Below are positions 11,890 through 25,948 of a DNA stretch of 64,000 nt, in pieces (the first letter of the stretch is position 1; every line of letters begins with the position of its first letter). Source of the DNA: Chiloscyllium plagiosum (Eukaryota). The notes beneath the pieces are model-generated. The model had not been told where the DNA came from. It did not search any database and was given only the letters and a program-made list of their open reading frames with translations. Location of the stretch: positions 1,943,243 to 2,007,242 of the forward strand of contig NC_057753.1 in assembly GCF_004010195.1 (NCBI RefSeq), written 5' to 3'. Position numbers and translations under genes: made by a program.

Positions 11890-13595
11890 GTTAGAATCTG
11901 ACATCACATGGACAGGTCTTTTTGCGCAAACTGGTCCATGCTGACCAATGTGGTCACAGACATTTCTCCCATTTCCCTCCAATCTATCTGAATCTTCCCT
12001 GTCCAGGTATTTGTCCAAATACCTTTTAAATGTTGTTAATGTAACTGCTGCAACAACTTCCACTGCAGCTTATTCCATTTGTGAATCACTCTCTGTGCAA
12101 AAACGTTGCCCTTCAGTTTCCGTTTTACTCTTTTCCTCTAAAATTAAAAGTCCATGATTTCCAAACTTACGCAAAGACTGCGCGCATCCACCCTGTCCAT
12201 GTCTCTCATCACCTTTTAAACTCCTATAAGACCTCCCCTCAGTCTCCTACGCTCTAAAGAAAGACGTCCTAGCTTGCCCAACCCTCTCCCTAGAACTCAG
12301 ATCGTTGAGTCCTGGCAACATCGTCTGCACTGTGTCCTGTTTGCAAACATCCTTCCTGTAACAAGGTGACCAAAACTGAACACAATACTCCAAGTGTGGT
12401 CTCACTAACGTCCTGAACAATTACAACGTCACTTCCCAATTTCGATACTCAGTGTCCTGCCTGATGTAGGCCAGTGTGCGAAAAGCTTTCTTCGCTGCTC
12501 TTTCTACCTGAGATTCCAGAGAAACATGCACCTAACTCCAAGATCCCTCTGTTTCACTACACCCCTTAAGACCCTGTCATTCATCATGAAACTCTTATCT
12601 TCATTTGACTTTTCAAAATGCAAGACCTCACAATTATCTTTATTAAACTCAATTTGGCATTTCACGGCCCACTTTTCCATCTAATCACAGTCCTTTTGCA
12701 ATGTTGATATCCGTCCTATTTTCATGTCATCTGCAAACCTAGTAATCACATCTTGTACGTTTTCATCCATATCATTGATATAGAAACAAACAGTATTGGG
12801 CCCTGCACTGAGGCACTCCACTCCTCGCAGGTCTTTAGTCCGATAAGCATTCTTCCACTGTGACACTCTGCTTCCTACCATCAAGCCAATTGTGTATGCA
12901 GTTTGACAGCTCCACTTGGATTCCATATAATCTAACGTTGCAGAGAAGTTACCATGTGGCAATTTATCAAAAGCCTTGCTGAAATCCATTTAGACCACGT
13001 TAACCGCTCTGCCCTCGACAAGCTTCCTCGTCACTTCTTCAAAGCACTCTCACAAATTTGTGAGGCATGGGCTCCGGTGCACAAAGCCATGATGAGTGTT
13101 CCTAATCACACTCTGTCTTGCCAAATGCATGTGTATCGTATCTCTCAGAATCGTCTCAATTAACTTATTCACCGCAGATGTTAGCTTATTGGTCTATTGT
13201 TCACATCTGTTTTTTGCTTTTGCATTTCTTCTTTGATAAGGGCACATCTACTACCTTTCACTCATCTGGGTGCTCACCCGTGGCTAAGGATGATGCAAGC
13301 ATATCATCCAGACACTCCGCAATTTCTTCTCACGCCTCTTTTGGCTTCCTGGATATATCTCATCAGGAGGAGATTTATCTACCTTCATACAATCTCGCAC
13401 ATCCAATACCTCCTCTAGCGTGATATGTACTGTTCCCAAGATGTGACCACTAAATTCTGTAAGTCCCAAGTCTTCATATATTTCTCCACGATAAATATAG
13501 ACAAGAAATATTCATTTAGGACCTCGCCCATCTCCTGCAGTTGTGCGCGTGCATGTTCACTTTGGTCTCTGAGATGTGAAATTGTCTCTCCAGTT
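11890..13595 (-). mobile_element. Degenerate CR1 LINE (RT region to 3' end)
   Basis: Translated pieces MDFSKAFDKLPHG, YINDMDENV..FADD, KVDKSPPDEIYP and LTTFKRYLDKYL; many frameshifts. Confidence 0.85.
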
Positions 13596-15289
13596 TTTCA
13601 GAACGACTGGGTCAAAATTAACATAAATATTTGAAGGTGGCATCAAACATTGAAAAGACTGCTCAAAACCCTGTGGAATAATTGCAGTTAAGGTAGAGAG
13701 TTAACGTAAAGGATTGAAGGTACATATGGTAAGCATTAACAAATTATTTGCGTTTAAGTGATATTATTATGGAACGCATATGAACGACCAATTGCACCAA
13801 TTTCTGGCAAAGGTGGCAATAAATATTTAAACTCTGACGAATTCTTAATAATTGGAATTGTCTGCAGCAAGTGAACTGCTGGCACAATTAAAACTGAAAT
13901 AGATAATTCGTTGAGTTACACTGAAATGAAAAGATGGAAACATTATCCAAGAATATTGAGTTTCTGATTAATGTCAATCTTAACGCATTACTCATGAAGT
14001 TTCAGGGACTGAGTATCCTGGCCATGCTTGTGTCTCTTATTTCTCATGTCTTTCCGGTCGGACAAAGAAACATTGTAATTTTGTTTTCATCATTTAGAGT
14101 AGCAACGTTTACCTCCCATTTACCAGGGCTAATCCACATGGACTCGCACTCCCGTAAACTATGGGGGAATTGAACATGGTCAATCTATCGAACTTGCGCA
14201 TCATTACATGCTGGGAGGAAACTGGAGCACTCAGAAGAAATGCACGCGGAGCACGTCCAAACTCCGCTCAGACAGTGTGCATCAAATCTGTGTCCCGAAT
14301 GTTTTGCATGAAATGTTTCATGAAATGTGCGACTGATATGATATATCGATGCGAGTAGAAGGGTCTATTTATTGTTAATTTTAGAGATTTTTGCCTTAAA
14401 TTTATGGACCATAAACTCATTTATTCATGTTCACGGGTACCTGCCATAAATGGGAAACCATTTGTAGTAATAATTGCAAGCAAAGCTTTTTTAAGTTATG
14501 AAGTCATTTGTCAGGTTTAAATTATGATAGTCTCTGACGCACAATTGTAGATACTGGGAAAATTTGATTACTTTTCATAGCACTGAGGACTGTTTCCTTT
14601 CAGTTTCCACACTCATATAGGGCACTGCCAGTAACAAATGCAGCTGTCCGATCGCACTGAATACAAACATAAAAGTACAGAAAGACACAGCAATTTATTC
14701 AGATAAAGGAAATATTTTAGAAGACATTAATTATTTTAAAAAGGATGTGATTCCATCTAAAAGCAAATGTGAACTTATTGTGATTATTAACACTGCTTTT
14801 TGTCATGCATATGTCCATATTCAAAAAGGCTTCCTTTATTGTCTTCGATTACATAATGGGTCTATGTACGTCATAGGAATCGATAAATTGCAGGATGCAT
14901 TTTGTATGTCGCAAACCTTAATTTTTTTTTTGTTCCATTTGAGCATTAAGGACGTTTTGATGTTCTGGATAATTGGAAGAAAAATCCAAATATTTTTTAC
15001 AGAAAATAAAGAACGGTGAACATTTGTAAAGTTTCGAATGAGGTTATTTAGCTACCTGCTCCAGACAACATAACTTCTGTTTTATTCTGATGAACGAACG
15101 TACAATACTACACATAGTGATCAAAACAATTTGATTCGCCCCATTTACTAGGACAACAATTCCTTAAGAACGCGGTAAAAATGTCGTTGTACTGTTTTAA
15201 ATGCTGACAGTCAGTTGATGTGAACTGTAGAGTGTACTGTAACCTACCAGTGACAGTGACGACGCAGACAGTTGTAAATATGCACAATG

Positions 15290-17450
15290 GTGTCTTGCAT
15301 GAAGAAGTCTGTGGCCCATGCTATTGGAATACGCGGCCATGTTTCCTCTCCGAATCAGTATTCAATTCGTGTGATTATTGATTACGTTCAAATCTGTAAG
15401 AAATGGTAAAGCTACTTTTAAGCTATCGTGTGTGCACAAATTATGTCATGTGGCACTCACGTTAAATTTCATGCCCTGTTCATAGAGCCATTTGTTTTTA
15501 CAATTACTTCGAGTGCGCTCTGGACAACGTAAGAACCGTTATATTAGATATCCAGATATCAAGCACATTTCATGTAATTGAATTCAACATGCACGGGTAT
15601 AATTCATTAGTTATGTCGGAATTGATATTTACTGCTTTCTGCTATGTATTTAGAGTGCTAAAGCCTTTTCAGTCTGATTATATTCAGCATTAACTGGTAA
15701 AGTGCATACTATTGTATTCTGTCTGTGCAGGACCATGTCATTGTGGCTATCCTCACCACGGAGTTGCGTGGGGCAGAGTGGGGTTAAAACAATTCACTAA
15801 ACAAACACTGACTGATCCACCATGGTTAACTGAAGTGTAGATGGGCTCAATGATTATTCCCGGATAAGACAGCGGCAGATTCAGCTTCTAACTAGACAGG
15901 GCAGAAACGTAGAGGGAATCGTATCAACAAGTTACTTTCATTGTGAATCTGCTTCAGTGAATTGGGTTATTAGCAAAGTGAAAACAGCCAGTTGTAATTG
16001 TTTTTAATTCAATGTTGAAAATTTCCGCTCAAGTTTGAGCGCAGTTGTATTCTATTAATTCATGTTCTGTTCAGCATAATTGCATTTAGCATACACAGGT
16101 TCAGTTCAACACAGTTATATTCAATGTACACAAGTTCACTTCTGCCAGGATCAATTGAGGGCACTTGCATTCGTTGCGCTGGATGCACATCAGCAGTAAG
16201 ACCTGCGGCTTTTGACCAAGATGGGAACACATCCAGAAGCCAGTGACTGTATTGAGTATCGATTGGAGAGGTGGAATTAGGTAAAGTATCAATGGTCACA
16301 TTTCATATGTTTTCACGATGTCCTTCTAAAGGGACCTGTTGTTTAAGGTGAGAGCGTGAAATATACTTGGGAATGATCCGAGGTGAGAGCTTGTGAAGTA
16401 AAGAGATAAATAATATCACATGCTCATTCCCATTAACTCCTTTACTGTTCAATGAGATCATGGCTGATCTGACAAACCTCAACTTCATTTGCCTACCTTT
16501 TGCATAGAACTTTAGAATACTTGACTGACTTAAAAAAAAAGACAAACCTACAGTTTCTACAGCTTCCTGTGGGAACGAACTCCACAAATCCACAACCTTC
16601 TGACAGGAAAGTGGTGTCATCCTCACAACTTACCTTCCCACTTTTTTTTTCTGTAAGAACATTCACTTGCCTCATTAATGTCATAAATATATATTGTAAA
16701 AAAATGATATTCCGAGCACTCATCCTGATTCTCTTCGACATTAGATGCAAATTGTAATCTGGAACATATCCCTCTTATCACAAGTGTGTTTACTGTTAAC
16801 TACAGTTTTCCCTATTCTTACAAAAATAAAAGCTACCCAACTTGGGCGGTTAATGAGTAGCCTCATGTGCTGGAGCTTAGTGAAAACGTTTTGGAAACTC
16901 ATATATACAACTGTTGGTTGCCCTTTATCTCCCAGCTCTTTTCCTGCACAAAGAATCATAATAAATTTGTCAGGCATAGCTTCCATTTTGATGACGCCAA
17001 GTTGAATATCTGTATTTCCCAGTATTCTGCAATTAAATCATTTATAGTAGAATCTCAGATTATCTGATGACAGATCTTACTCATGCTGACCTTTCGTTTT
17101 CTATCCCTTTTACCTTGCCAATCATTAGGGGCTTTCCGAAAGCTAAGGATTCTTGCAAGATTACTACTTTTTCTCTGTTGTTACTTCCTTTACTTTCCTA
17201 GAACACAATCCATCAGATCCAGGACTTCTTTCAGTTTATGGGTGCAATGATTGATAATTTTTTTTTCCAGTGATAATCATTTCATTTTTTCCTCAGCCAC
17301 TAATGCACCTTGATTATCTAATACATAAAGATTAGTGTTGGTGTTTAATTACATGCAAGAGACAGTTCTACCAACGCACCCCCACCTTACCTCCGCTCCC
17401 AGCCCCCACGCACTAGGACTGAATTGAGATTTTCTGGAGGGCTATGTTGA
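15290..17450. repeat. Third, partial copy of the GPCR upstream flank with no gene attached
   Basis: ~15335 ccatgtttcctctc matches ~3405; ~15725 tgtgcaggaccatgtca matches ~3950 and ~49325; ~16448 ttcaatgagatcatggctga matches ~4740 and ~54755. Confidence 0.75.
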
Positions 17451-18427
17451 GGATTCCACAAAACCCTTACTCATTACGATAACTCCTTCATTAGGTGATT
17501 TAGCATTGTAGTAATAATAATGAAGCTTTTGAGGATGAGGGCAAGCTTATGGATTTAAAATAATGAGGAGAAAGAATGCAGTGAATAGCCAAGGTTTTTT
17601 TTTCATTGAAGAGGAGATCAATATTAGGGGCCAGAGGATTAAAATTATAGCGTTAAATTTAAAAGGCACCTCAGTTGCAATATTTTCACGCAAAGGGAGG
17701 AGTATAGAATGAGCTCTCAAAGGAAGTGATGTAGGCTGGTCCAACTGCAGTATTGATAAGGCATCTGGTAGTTACATGAAAAGGAAGAGTTCAGTGAGAT
17801 ATTGGCAAAATACTGGAAAATGTGACTACGTTAGTTTATGATATTTATTCGGAAAGGATGAGTAAGAAAAAAGGGTCTGTTTCAATGTGATACATCTGTA
17901 AAACTCTTTGACTCGATTTCTGCATTTGTGTTCAAATAGGCAATTCGGACTCACATAAAAACATGATTAGACAAATTCATCAAAGTCCTGAATCATCACC
18001 ACTGCTCCGTTGAGCTTAATTCTAAAATGCAGAAGGTAAGCATTAATTTAATGTTGCATTTAACTCGGCAAAGGGGAATGAATATAGGAATAGGAGTTGG
18101 TCAGACAGTCCTCGAGCATGCTCCACCATTCAATAACCTCATGCTTGATCTGTGGTCGAACTTCGTTTACTTGACTTGCAACTATACCCATTGACACTCT
18201 TGTTTAAGTTCAAACACGACTACCTTAGATTGAACATTAATAATTGAATTTGCATCAACAGCCGTTGGAGAAAGAGATTTCTAAGCGTTCACTACTTTTT
18301 GCATGTAACGTTCCTGTATATTTCATGTATCTTTCTAATATCTTTCCTGAATGGTCTAGCCTTATTTCCTAGACTATACACCTGAGAACTGGAATCTTGA
18401 ATCAGTTGATTTTTTTCCACTCTATTT

Positions 18428-21400
18428 TAGAACATAGAACATTACAGCACAGTACAGGCTCTTCGGCCCTCGATGTTGTGCCGACCTTCCATACCATTCT
18501 GAAGCCTATCTAACCTACACTATTCCATGTACGTCCATATGCTTTGCAATGACGACTTAAATGTACTTAAAGTTGGCGAATCTATTACCGTTGCAGGCAA
18601 AGCATTCCATACCCTTACTACGCTCTGAGTAAAGAAACTACCTCTGGAATCTATCACCCCTCAATTTAAAGCTATGCCCTCTTTTGCTCGCTGTCACCAT
18701 AATTGGAAAAAGGCCCTCCCTGTCCACCCTATCTAACATTCTGATTATCTTATATGTCTCTATTAAATCGCCTGTCAACCTTCTTCTCTCTAATGAAAAC
18801 AGCCTCAAGTCCCTCAGCCTTTCCTCGTAAGCCCTTCTCTCCATAACAGGCAACATCCTAGTAAATCTCCTCTGCACCCTTTCCAGAGTTTCCACATCCT
18901 TCTTATAATTTGGTGACCAGAACTGTACGCAATACTCCAAGTGCGGCCGCACCAGAGTTTTGAACAGCGTAGTATAACCTCATGGTTCCAGAACTCGATC
19001 CCTCTATTAATAAAAGCTGAAACACTGTATGCTTTCTTAACAATCCTGTCAAACTGGGTGGCAACTTTTAAGGATCTGCATACATGGACACTGAGATCTT
19101 TCTGCTCATCTACACTACCAAGAATCTTACCATTAGCCCAGTACTTTGCATTCTGGTTACTCCGACCAAAGTGAATTACCTCATACTTGTCTGCAATAAA
19201 CTCCATTTGCCACCTGTCAGCCCAGCTCTGCAGCTTATCTGTGTCTCTCTGTAACCTACAACATCCTTCGTCACTATGCACAACTCCACCGACCTTAGTG
19301 TCATCTGCAAATTTACTAACCTACCCTTCTATGCCCTCATCCAGGTCATTTATAAAATTGACGAACAGCAGTGGACCCAACACCGACCTTTGCGATACAC
19401 CACGAGTAACTGGACTCAGGATGAACATTTCCCATCAACTACCATCCTCTGTCTTCTTTCAGCAAGTCAATTACTGATCCAAACTGCTGTATCTCCCACA
19501 ATCCCATTCCTCCGCATTTTGTGCAATAGCCTACTGTGGGGAACTTTATCAAATGCCTTGCTGAAATCCATATACACCACATCAACCGGTTTACTCTCAT
19601 CTACCTGTTTGGTCACCTTCTCAAAGAACTCAATAAGGTTTGTGAGGCACGACCTACCCTTCACAAAACCGTGCTGACTATCCCTAATCAAATTATTCTT
19701 TTCTGGATGATTATATCTCCTATCTCTTAGAACCTTTTCCAACACTTTACCAACAACTGAAGTAAGGCTCACTGGCCTATAATTACCAGGGTTGTCTGTA
19801 CTCCCCTTCTTGAACAGGGGAACCACATTTGCTATCCTCCAGTCATCTGGCACTGTTCCTGAAGACAGTGACGATTTAAAGATCAATGCCAAAGTCTCGA
19901 CAATCTCCTCCCTGGCTTCCCAGAGGGTCCTAGGATAAATCCCATCCGGCCCAGGGGACTTACCTATTTTCACACTCTGCATGATTTCTAATACCTTTTC
20001 CTTGTGAATCTCAATGCCACCTGATCCAGTAGTCTGTTTCTCAGTATTCTCCGAGACAACATCATCATCGAAAAATATTCATTTATTACTTCCCCTATCT
20101 CCTCTGACTCCACACATAACTTCCCACTACTCTCCTTGAATGGCCCGAATCTTACTCTCGTCATTCTTTTGTTCCCTAAATACCTATAGAAAGCCTTAGG
20201 GTTTACTCTGATCTTATCCACCAACAACTTCTCATGTCTCCTCCTGGCTCTTCTGAGCTCTATCTTTAGGTCTTTCGTGGCTACCTTGTAACCCTCAAGC
20301 GCCCTAACTGAGCCTTCACATCTCATCCTAACATACGCCTTCTTCTTCCTCTTGACCAGAGATTCCACTTCCTTCGTAAACCACGGCTCCCGCGCTCTAC
20401 AACTTCCTTCTTGCCTGACAGGTACATATTTATGTAGGACACACAGGAGCGTTTCCATGAATAAGCTCCACATTTCTAATGTGCCCATCCCCTGCAGTTT
20501 CTTTCCCCATCCTATGCTTCCTAAATCTTGCATAATCGCATCGTAATTGCCTTTTCCCCAGCTGTAACTCTTGCCCAGTGGTATACACCTATCCCTTTCT
20601 ATCACCAAAGGAAACGTAACAGAATTGTGATTGCTATCGCCAAAGTGCTCACCTACGTCCAAGTCTATCACCTGGCCGGGCTCATTACCCAGTACCAAAT
20701 CTAATTTGGCTTCGCTCCTTGTTGGCCTGTCTACATACTGTGTCCGGAAGCCCTCCTGCACACACTGGAAAAAACTGACCCATCTATAATACTCGTACTA
20801 TAGTGTTCCCAGTCAATATTTGGAAAGTTGAAGTCCCCCATGACAACTACCCTGTCTCTCTCAGTCCTATCGAGAATCATCTTTGCTATTCTTTTCTCTA
20901 CATCTCTGGAACTATTCAGAGGCCTATAGAAAACTCAAAACAGGGTGACCTCTCCTTTCCAGTTTCTAACCTCAGCCCATGTTACCTCAGTTGACGAGTC
21001 TCCACACATCCTTTCTGCAACTGTAATACTGTCTTTGACCAACAATGCCACACCTCCCCCTCTTTTACCATCTTCCCTGTTCTTACTGAAACATCTAAAT
21101 CCTGGAACCTGCAACAACTATTCCTGTCCCTGCTCTATCCCTGTCTCCGAAATGGCCTCAACACCGAAGTCACAGGTACCAACCCATGCTGCAAGTTCAC
21201 CCATCTTATTCCGGAAGCTCCTGGCGTTAAAGTTGACACATTTTGAACCAACGTCTTGCTTGCTGGTGCCATCTTGCGTCCCTGAAACTTGATTTCGGAC
21301 TTCCCTACTCTCAACCTTTTCTATACTCGAACTACACTTATGGTTCCCATCCCCCAGCTGGATTCGTTTAAACCCACTCCAATAGCCTTAGCGAATATCC

Positions 21401-21810
21401 CCCCCCAGGATATTGCTACCCCTCTGGTTCAGATGAAGACCATCCTGCTTGTAGAGTTCTCATCTACCCCAGAAAGAGTCCCAATTTTCCAAGAATCAAA
21501 AACCCTCCCTCCTGCACCATTCCTGTAGCCACGTGTTCAACTCCTCTCTCTCCCTATTTCTCGCCTCACTCGCACGTGGTACGGGCAACAAACCAGAGGC
21601 AATAACTCTGTTCGTCCTAGCTGTAAGCTTCCATCCCAGCTCCCTGAATTTCTGCCATAAATCCCCATCTCTCTTCCTACCTTTGTCGTTGGTGCCTATG
21701 TGGACCACGACTTGGGGCTGCTCCCCCTCCCTCTTAAGCATCCCCAAAACAAGATCAGAGACATCCAAAAACACGATTAGAGACATCCAAAAAATGATCA
21801 GAGACACAAA
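18428..21810 (-). mobile_element. Long 5'-truncated CR1 LINE: ORF1 esterase C-terminus, ORF2 endonuclease and RT, 3' tail; frameshifted
   Basis: ORF1 VVVHIGTND (SGNH-like); endonuclease GGGVALLV and PTRSEAKLDLVL..DSNHN; RT KSPGPDG, PGNYRPVSLTS, QHGF, DFSKAFDKVPH and FADD at ~19300; (tagaaca)n tail at 18428. Confidence 0.93.
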
Positions 21811-24756
21811 CTCCGAATGAGATCAATCCCTTCCTTCATTTGATAGAATGACGGCTTAATTGTTAAATATCTACCCATGACTTGGCCCACAAGCACAGGT
21901 ATAATCCTTCTAATCCTGCATTGAACGCCCCCTAACTCCAGTGCGAAAGCGTCATCCCAAAACTGTGGTGCCTAGATCTGCTCACAACACTCGAAGTGGA
22001 GTCCAACCATTTTTTTTTTTTATAACAGCAACGGAACATCGGCATTCCTGTATGACAGACATCTCGATTTGAAAACCTGCATTCCATTTTGCCTTATTGA
22101 CTATTTGATGCACCTTCTCATGGCAGTTTAAACACTCTTCCGTTGAACGCCCAATTCTAATTGGTCATCCACTGCATTTAACAATGTGCCTTCCAAAAGC
22201 AAATCAAAGTAAAACCTAGCAATAAATGCTTTCTGAAAAGAAATCTAACACTCAATTCTGTATACAATAAGTCTTCACTTGCCCCTCTCCAATTTCTGTG
22301 ATGGGTGAGGTCATATGTAATATGTTGCGTTATATCTTAAGCGATAGATATTTGGTGAGTTGATTTCAAATGCAATACGACATAAATTGAAACGTTCATG
22401 CGTGCAAGGAATTCAGGACCTAAGTTTTACTGGCTCCAATTTCACTTCTGAGAAGTATGAAAATGCTCTCTGCTCTTAGCAGCCCTTCTCCCACGTTACG
22501 TCCCTCCCACACCATGCATAACATCTTGCCTTGCTTGAAACTCCTGTCTCTCTTTGCATCCACTTTCCCAACTTTTGCGGCTTTCCATCCTCCTGGCCTA
22601 CCAGCTCTGTTTCACATCTCACCCGAGCTATCTTTTGATCTTGACCGCACTACTGCCTCCAAACTTTCTGAACATTGTTGCTTATCTTCTCGTTTCTGCA
22701 CAAATTGTAGACTGCTTGTCGATATGGTGGCTACTGATAGGTTCGTCAAAGCTGATGTCTATTATCTTACATGTTTTGTTGTCACCGCTATAGAACTTGC
22801 ACGAGAGCTTTGGTGGATTTCAGGTTTAAAATTGCCCACCCTGGCGTGCGATCTCACTAATATGTACCAAATGAATTAATGAAATCTTCAATCCTTATGG
22901 TTGATTTTTAGTCATTTTGATTGTAATATTGACATAATCTATGACTCCCTGCACTTTTAGAATCAAATCGCTGTCGTAAATCTGAAGGTTTTCTTATTAT
23001 GATTGGTTTCATCAGTTACAATCTGAACATAAATGGCTTCCCTACAAAAAGCTGAGTTGCTCATGGAGGAAATGTCCATGTAACAGTAGGTTACGAAATC
23101 TTTCAGGACATCTGCACATCCCTGAAAGTAGACAGAAGCAAACAAATGCATGACTCTCGTGATCTTAACACCAATCTGGCCAACGCTGCATGATGTCTTC
23201 CCGAGGGTGATAACAGACTTCAGCACAAACCTTCAAGAGCTTCCTGAGGCACAGCTGCTTAGACATATCCGGCAAGCTTATCTTCTGTCAGTTTATACTG
23301 CTTTGGGGATATTGCCTTCAGGGAGTTTGAGCGCTGTGTTCAACTCCCTTTTTGTTGAGCTATAATGCTGTTGATTTCGATGTCAGTACTGCACAACTAT
23401 TTCCTAATCAGAAGACTACACGAGAACTGCAGAACCTGCTTCCATGCTGCTGAGAAGGCCAATGCTTGGCAATTACAGATAAAGTGAAGAAAGTCCTGAA
23501 TTTATCTTGAGGATCTTTAAAATCATCTCGAAAGCAGTGACATTGTACACGAGGCAAGGCCTGTGAGCAAAATCTTTTCCACTTGTTTCAATATTTGAAG
23601 GCTTTTCAATCTGAATTTCACAGCCCCATCGAGACCCCATCGATACCATTGCCCGTAGTGACCCCAGTGAGTTTCAGACAGCCTATGAAAGCCCTGTACT
23701 CGTGCAGTTTATGCAGAATGCTGTTTTGTGTCTTCAGTTTATTGCATTTTCGTAACGTTAGTCAAGTCTGCCTGTCCCACCAGTAACAGGCCTTGAAATG
23801 TGCATCAGTTAGTAGGTTCATGTCAAATTATTGACATGCTTCAAATTTATCTTTTTTAACTCCAAGCAGCCACCATTCTCTCAGCTATTTTTCGGAATTG
23901 TTGCATCCACATTTATAAAGGAACCAACTTCGTAAACTTGTTATAATGTACTTACATCCTCCTTTCATTGGAGAAGCTGTTGAATCTTCGTTTTGCTTCA
24001 AGCAAAAATGAAATTAAAAGGAATTAAAATGACTTTTCAAAACTAGGTTTGGCATCACCTAGCTGCTCTGCTTGTGCTGCATCGAACATTCTATTTCCTA
24101 ACAACGTTGCCGGTCAATTTGTAAGCTGTTTACCGTACCGCTGTGCCTCTTACATGAATTCACGTGGAAATAACAGCTGTATTTAAATATTTCTATTGAA
24201 GCATGAACGTAATATCATTGTTTGTTAAAAAAAAAAGTGAGAATGAGGTTGGAGTTAGTGACTATGATATATGGTGAAATATATTTGCATTTAAAACGCA
24301 GTTATCCTCATCAGCTTCAACTGCACACAGTACTGATTTTTGGCTCCAGGTATGCAAGATATGGTAGCTCATTAAAACATGCTAATTTGCCCGGCAAGTA
24401 GCCGAGAAGGAAATGCTGATGTCTGAGAAAGAAGAAAAGAATAGTCAGGTGAACCATAGTATCAATTCGATTATGTAAGAACTGCCCATATTTGAAGAAA
24501 AAAACAAAATGGCCAAAAAAGATATAAACCGACCAAAAAGGCCTGCCACAGTATTGAGACACAAACTAGTGGGCAAGCTATTAAAACAGAATTAACGACT
24601 TGTTCCACCATTTAAGTGAAAACTTCTGCAAAGACAAACACAGATGGTATTGTGTCATGCAAAATAAAAAGATGAAAGAAGTTCATAAAACTACGAAAAC
24701 TGGTTGATTCCATAATCGACAAAATATGGAGCTGAAAAGGCACAGTCTGTTTATTC

Positions 24757-24948
24757 CTGACTAATGCACTTATCACTACAGGCAATTCAGCATAGCCAAT
24801 TCAACGACATGCACATCTTTGGATTGTGGCAGGAAAGCGGAGCACCCGAAGGAAACCCACGCAGACATGGGGAGAATGTACAAATTCCACACAGTCAGTC
24901 ACCCGAGAGCAGGAATCAAACCTAGGTCCGTGGCTCTGTAAGACAGCA
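24757..24948 (-). mobile_element. Partial V-SINE
   Basis: V core on the minus strand (tgcacatctttggattgtgg...ggaaacccacgcagac...ggggagaatg). Confidence 0.8.
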
Positions 24949-25637
24949 TCAGAGCAGCAGGAATGTCGATGCTTGGCGCAGGACACTTGATCAGATTACA
25001 GTCTCATTAATTAAAGTATGTTATCCCATTTGGTGAATACCATCAGTTCGGGTCTCATTCCAGGCGACAGACAAATGGTGTAGCCTAACTCATCGTGCAG
25101 CTGTGAAAAACAGTTAAAGTTATTTTGTTGCATTTAGCTGTTTTCCTGAAGTTATTGACGATAATAAAAAAAGGTTCCGTTTAAAGGTTCTTCAGAAAAT
25201 ACCAGAGAAGCATTTCAACGTAATTATAGATGCACAAATATAATAAAAACATTTAGAAAACCATTCAAACAGAGATGAGACAGTTAATGGGCCTCGGGGC
25301 CTCGGGAATTATTTTCTTATCACGAAAGGGGTGTCTGGCATATCCTTTACAAAACAAATTTCTCACAACTCATTAGCTAAAGCGTGACAACAGTAAAAGT
25401 AGCTGTAAAATTTACATATAACTGGCTTTGTAATAGAAATTACTATTCTGAATCTGACAACAGTCGTTTGTATTTGTTTGACATATAATTAGGACATGGG
25501 GCAAACAAAAGTGCAGTAAGGAAATTTGATACAAATAACAAAGGAATACAGGAGGCAAAAGATTTCAAGCAGCTCTTAGGGATAAGCAAGTCTGGGACAT
25601 GTTCGAAGAAGTACAGCCAGTAACGTTGGAAAGCGAA

Positions 25638-25948
25638 TTAGATTAGATTCTCTACAGTGTGAAAACAGGCCCTTTGGTTTACAAGTCCACACCGATCCTC
25701 CGAAGAGTAACCCACCCATACCCATTCCCCTGCAATTACTACTGACGAATGCAGTTATCACTACGGGCAATTCAACAACATGCACATCTTTGGATTGTGG
25801 AAGGAAAGCGGAGCACCCGAAGGAAACCTACGCAGACACGGGGAGAATGTGCAAATTCCACACAGGCAGTCGCCCGAGAGTAGGAATCGAACCTAGGTCC
25901 GTGGCTGTGTAAGACAGCAGTGCTAACCACTGAGCCACGGTGCCACCC
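25638..25948 (-). mobile_element. Full-length V-SINE (HE1-like)
   Basis: ttagattagatt tail at 25638, V core, and tRNA head ending ...ctgagccacggtgccaccc. Confidence 0.88.

Larger units (their letters stand above)
3035..15260. repeat. Segmental duplication: upstream flank of copy 1, paralogous to 48602-63470
   Basis: Colinear anchors: 3198 vs 48754 (caatgttgatggaat); 9951 vs 58680 (tttgctgagagttccacttaatctg); ~11030 vs ~59445 (tccatctgaaatgtaattcc); ~11440 vs ~60790; ~15210 vs ~63420 (gtcagttgatgtgaactg). Confidence 0.85.

Noticed and set aside
18638..21807. RT/endonuclease ORFs as host genes or an active LINE
   Set aside because: They are fragments of one 5'-truncated, multiply frameshifted CR1 copy.
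21753..21810. CRISPR-like or minisatellite array
   Set aside because: Only three adjacent imperfect units with no spacers, in a vertebrate genome; explained as a junction stutter.
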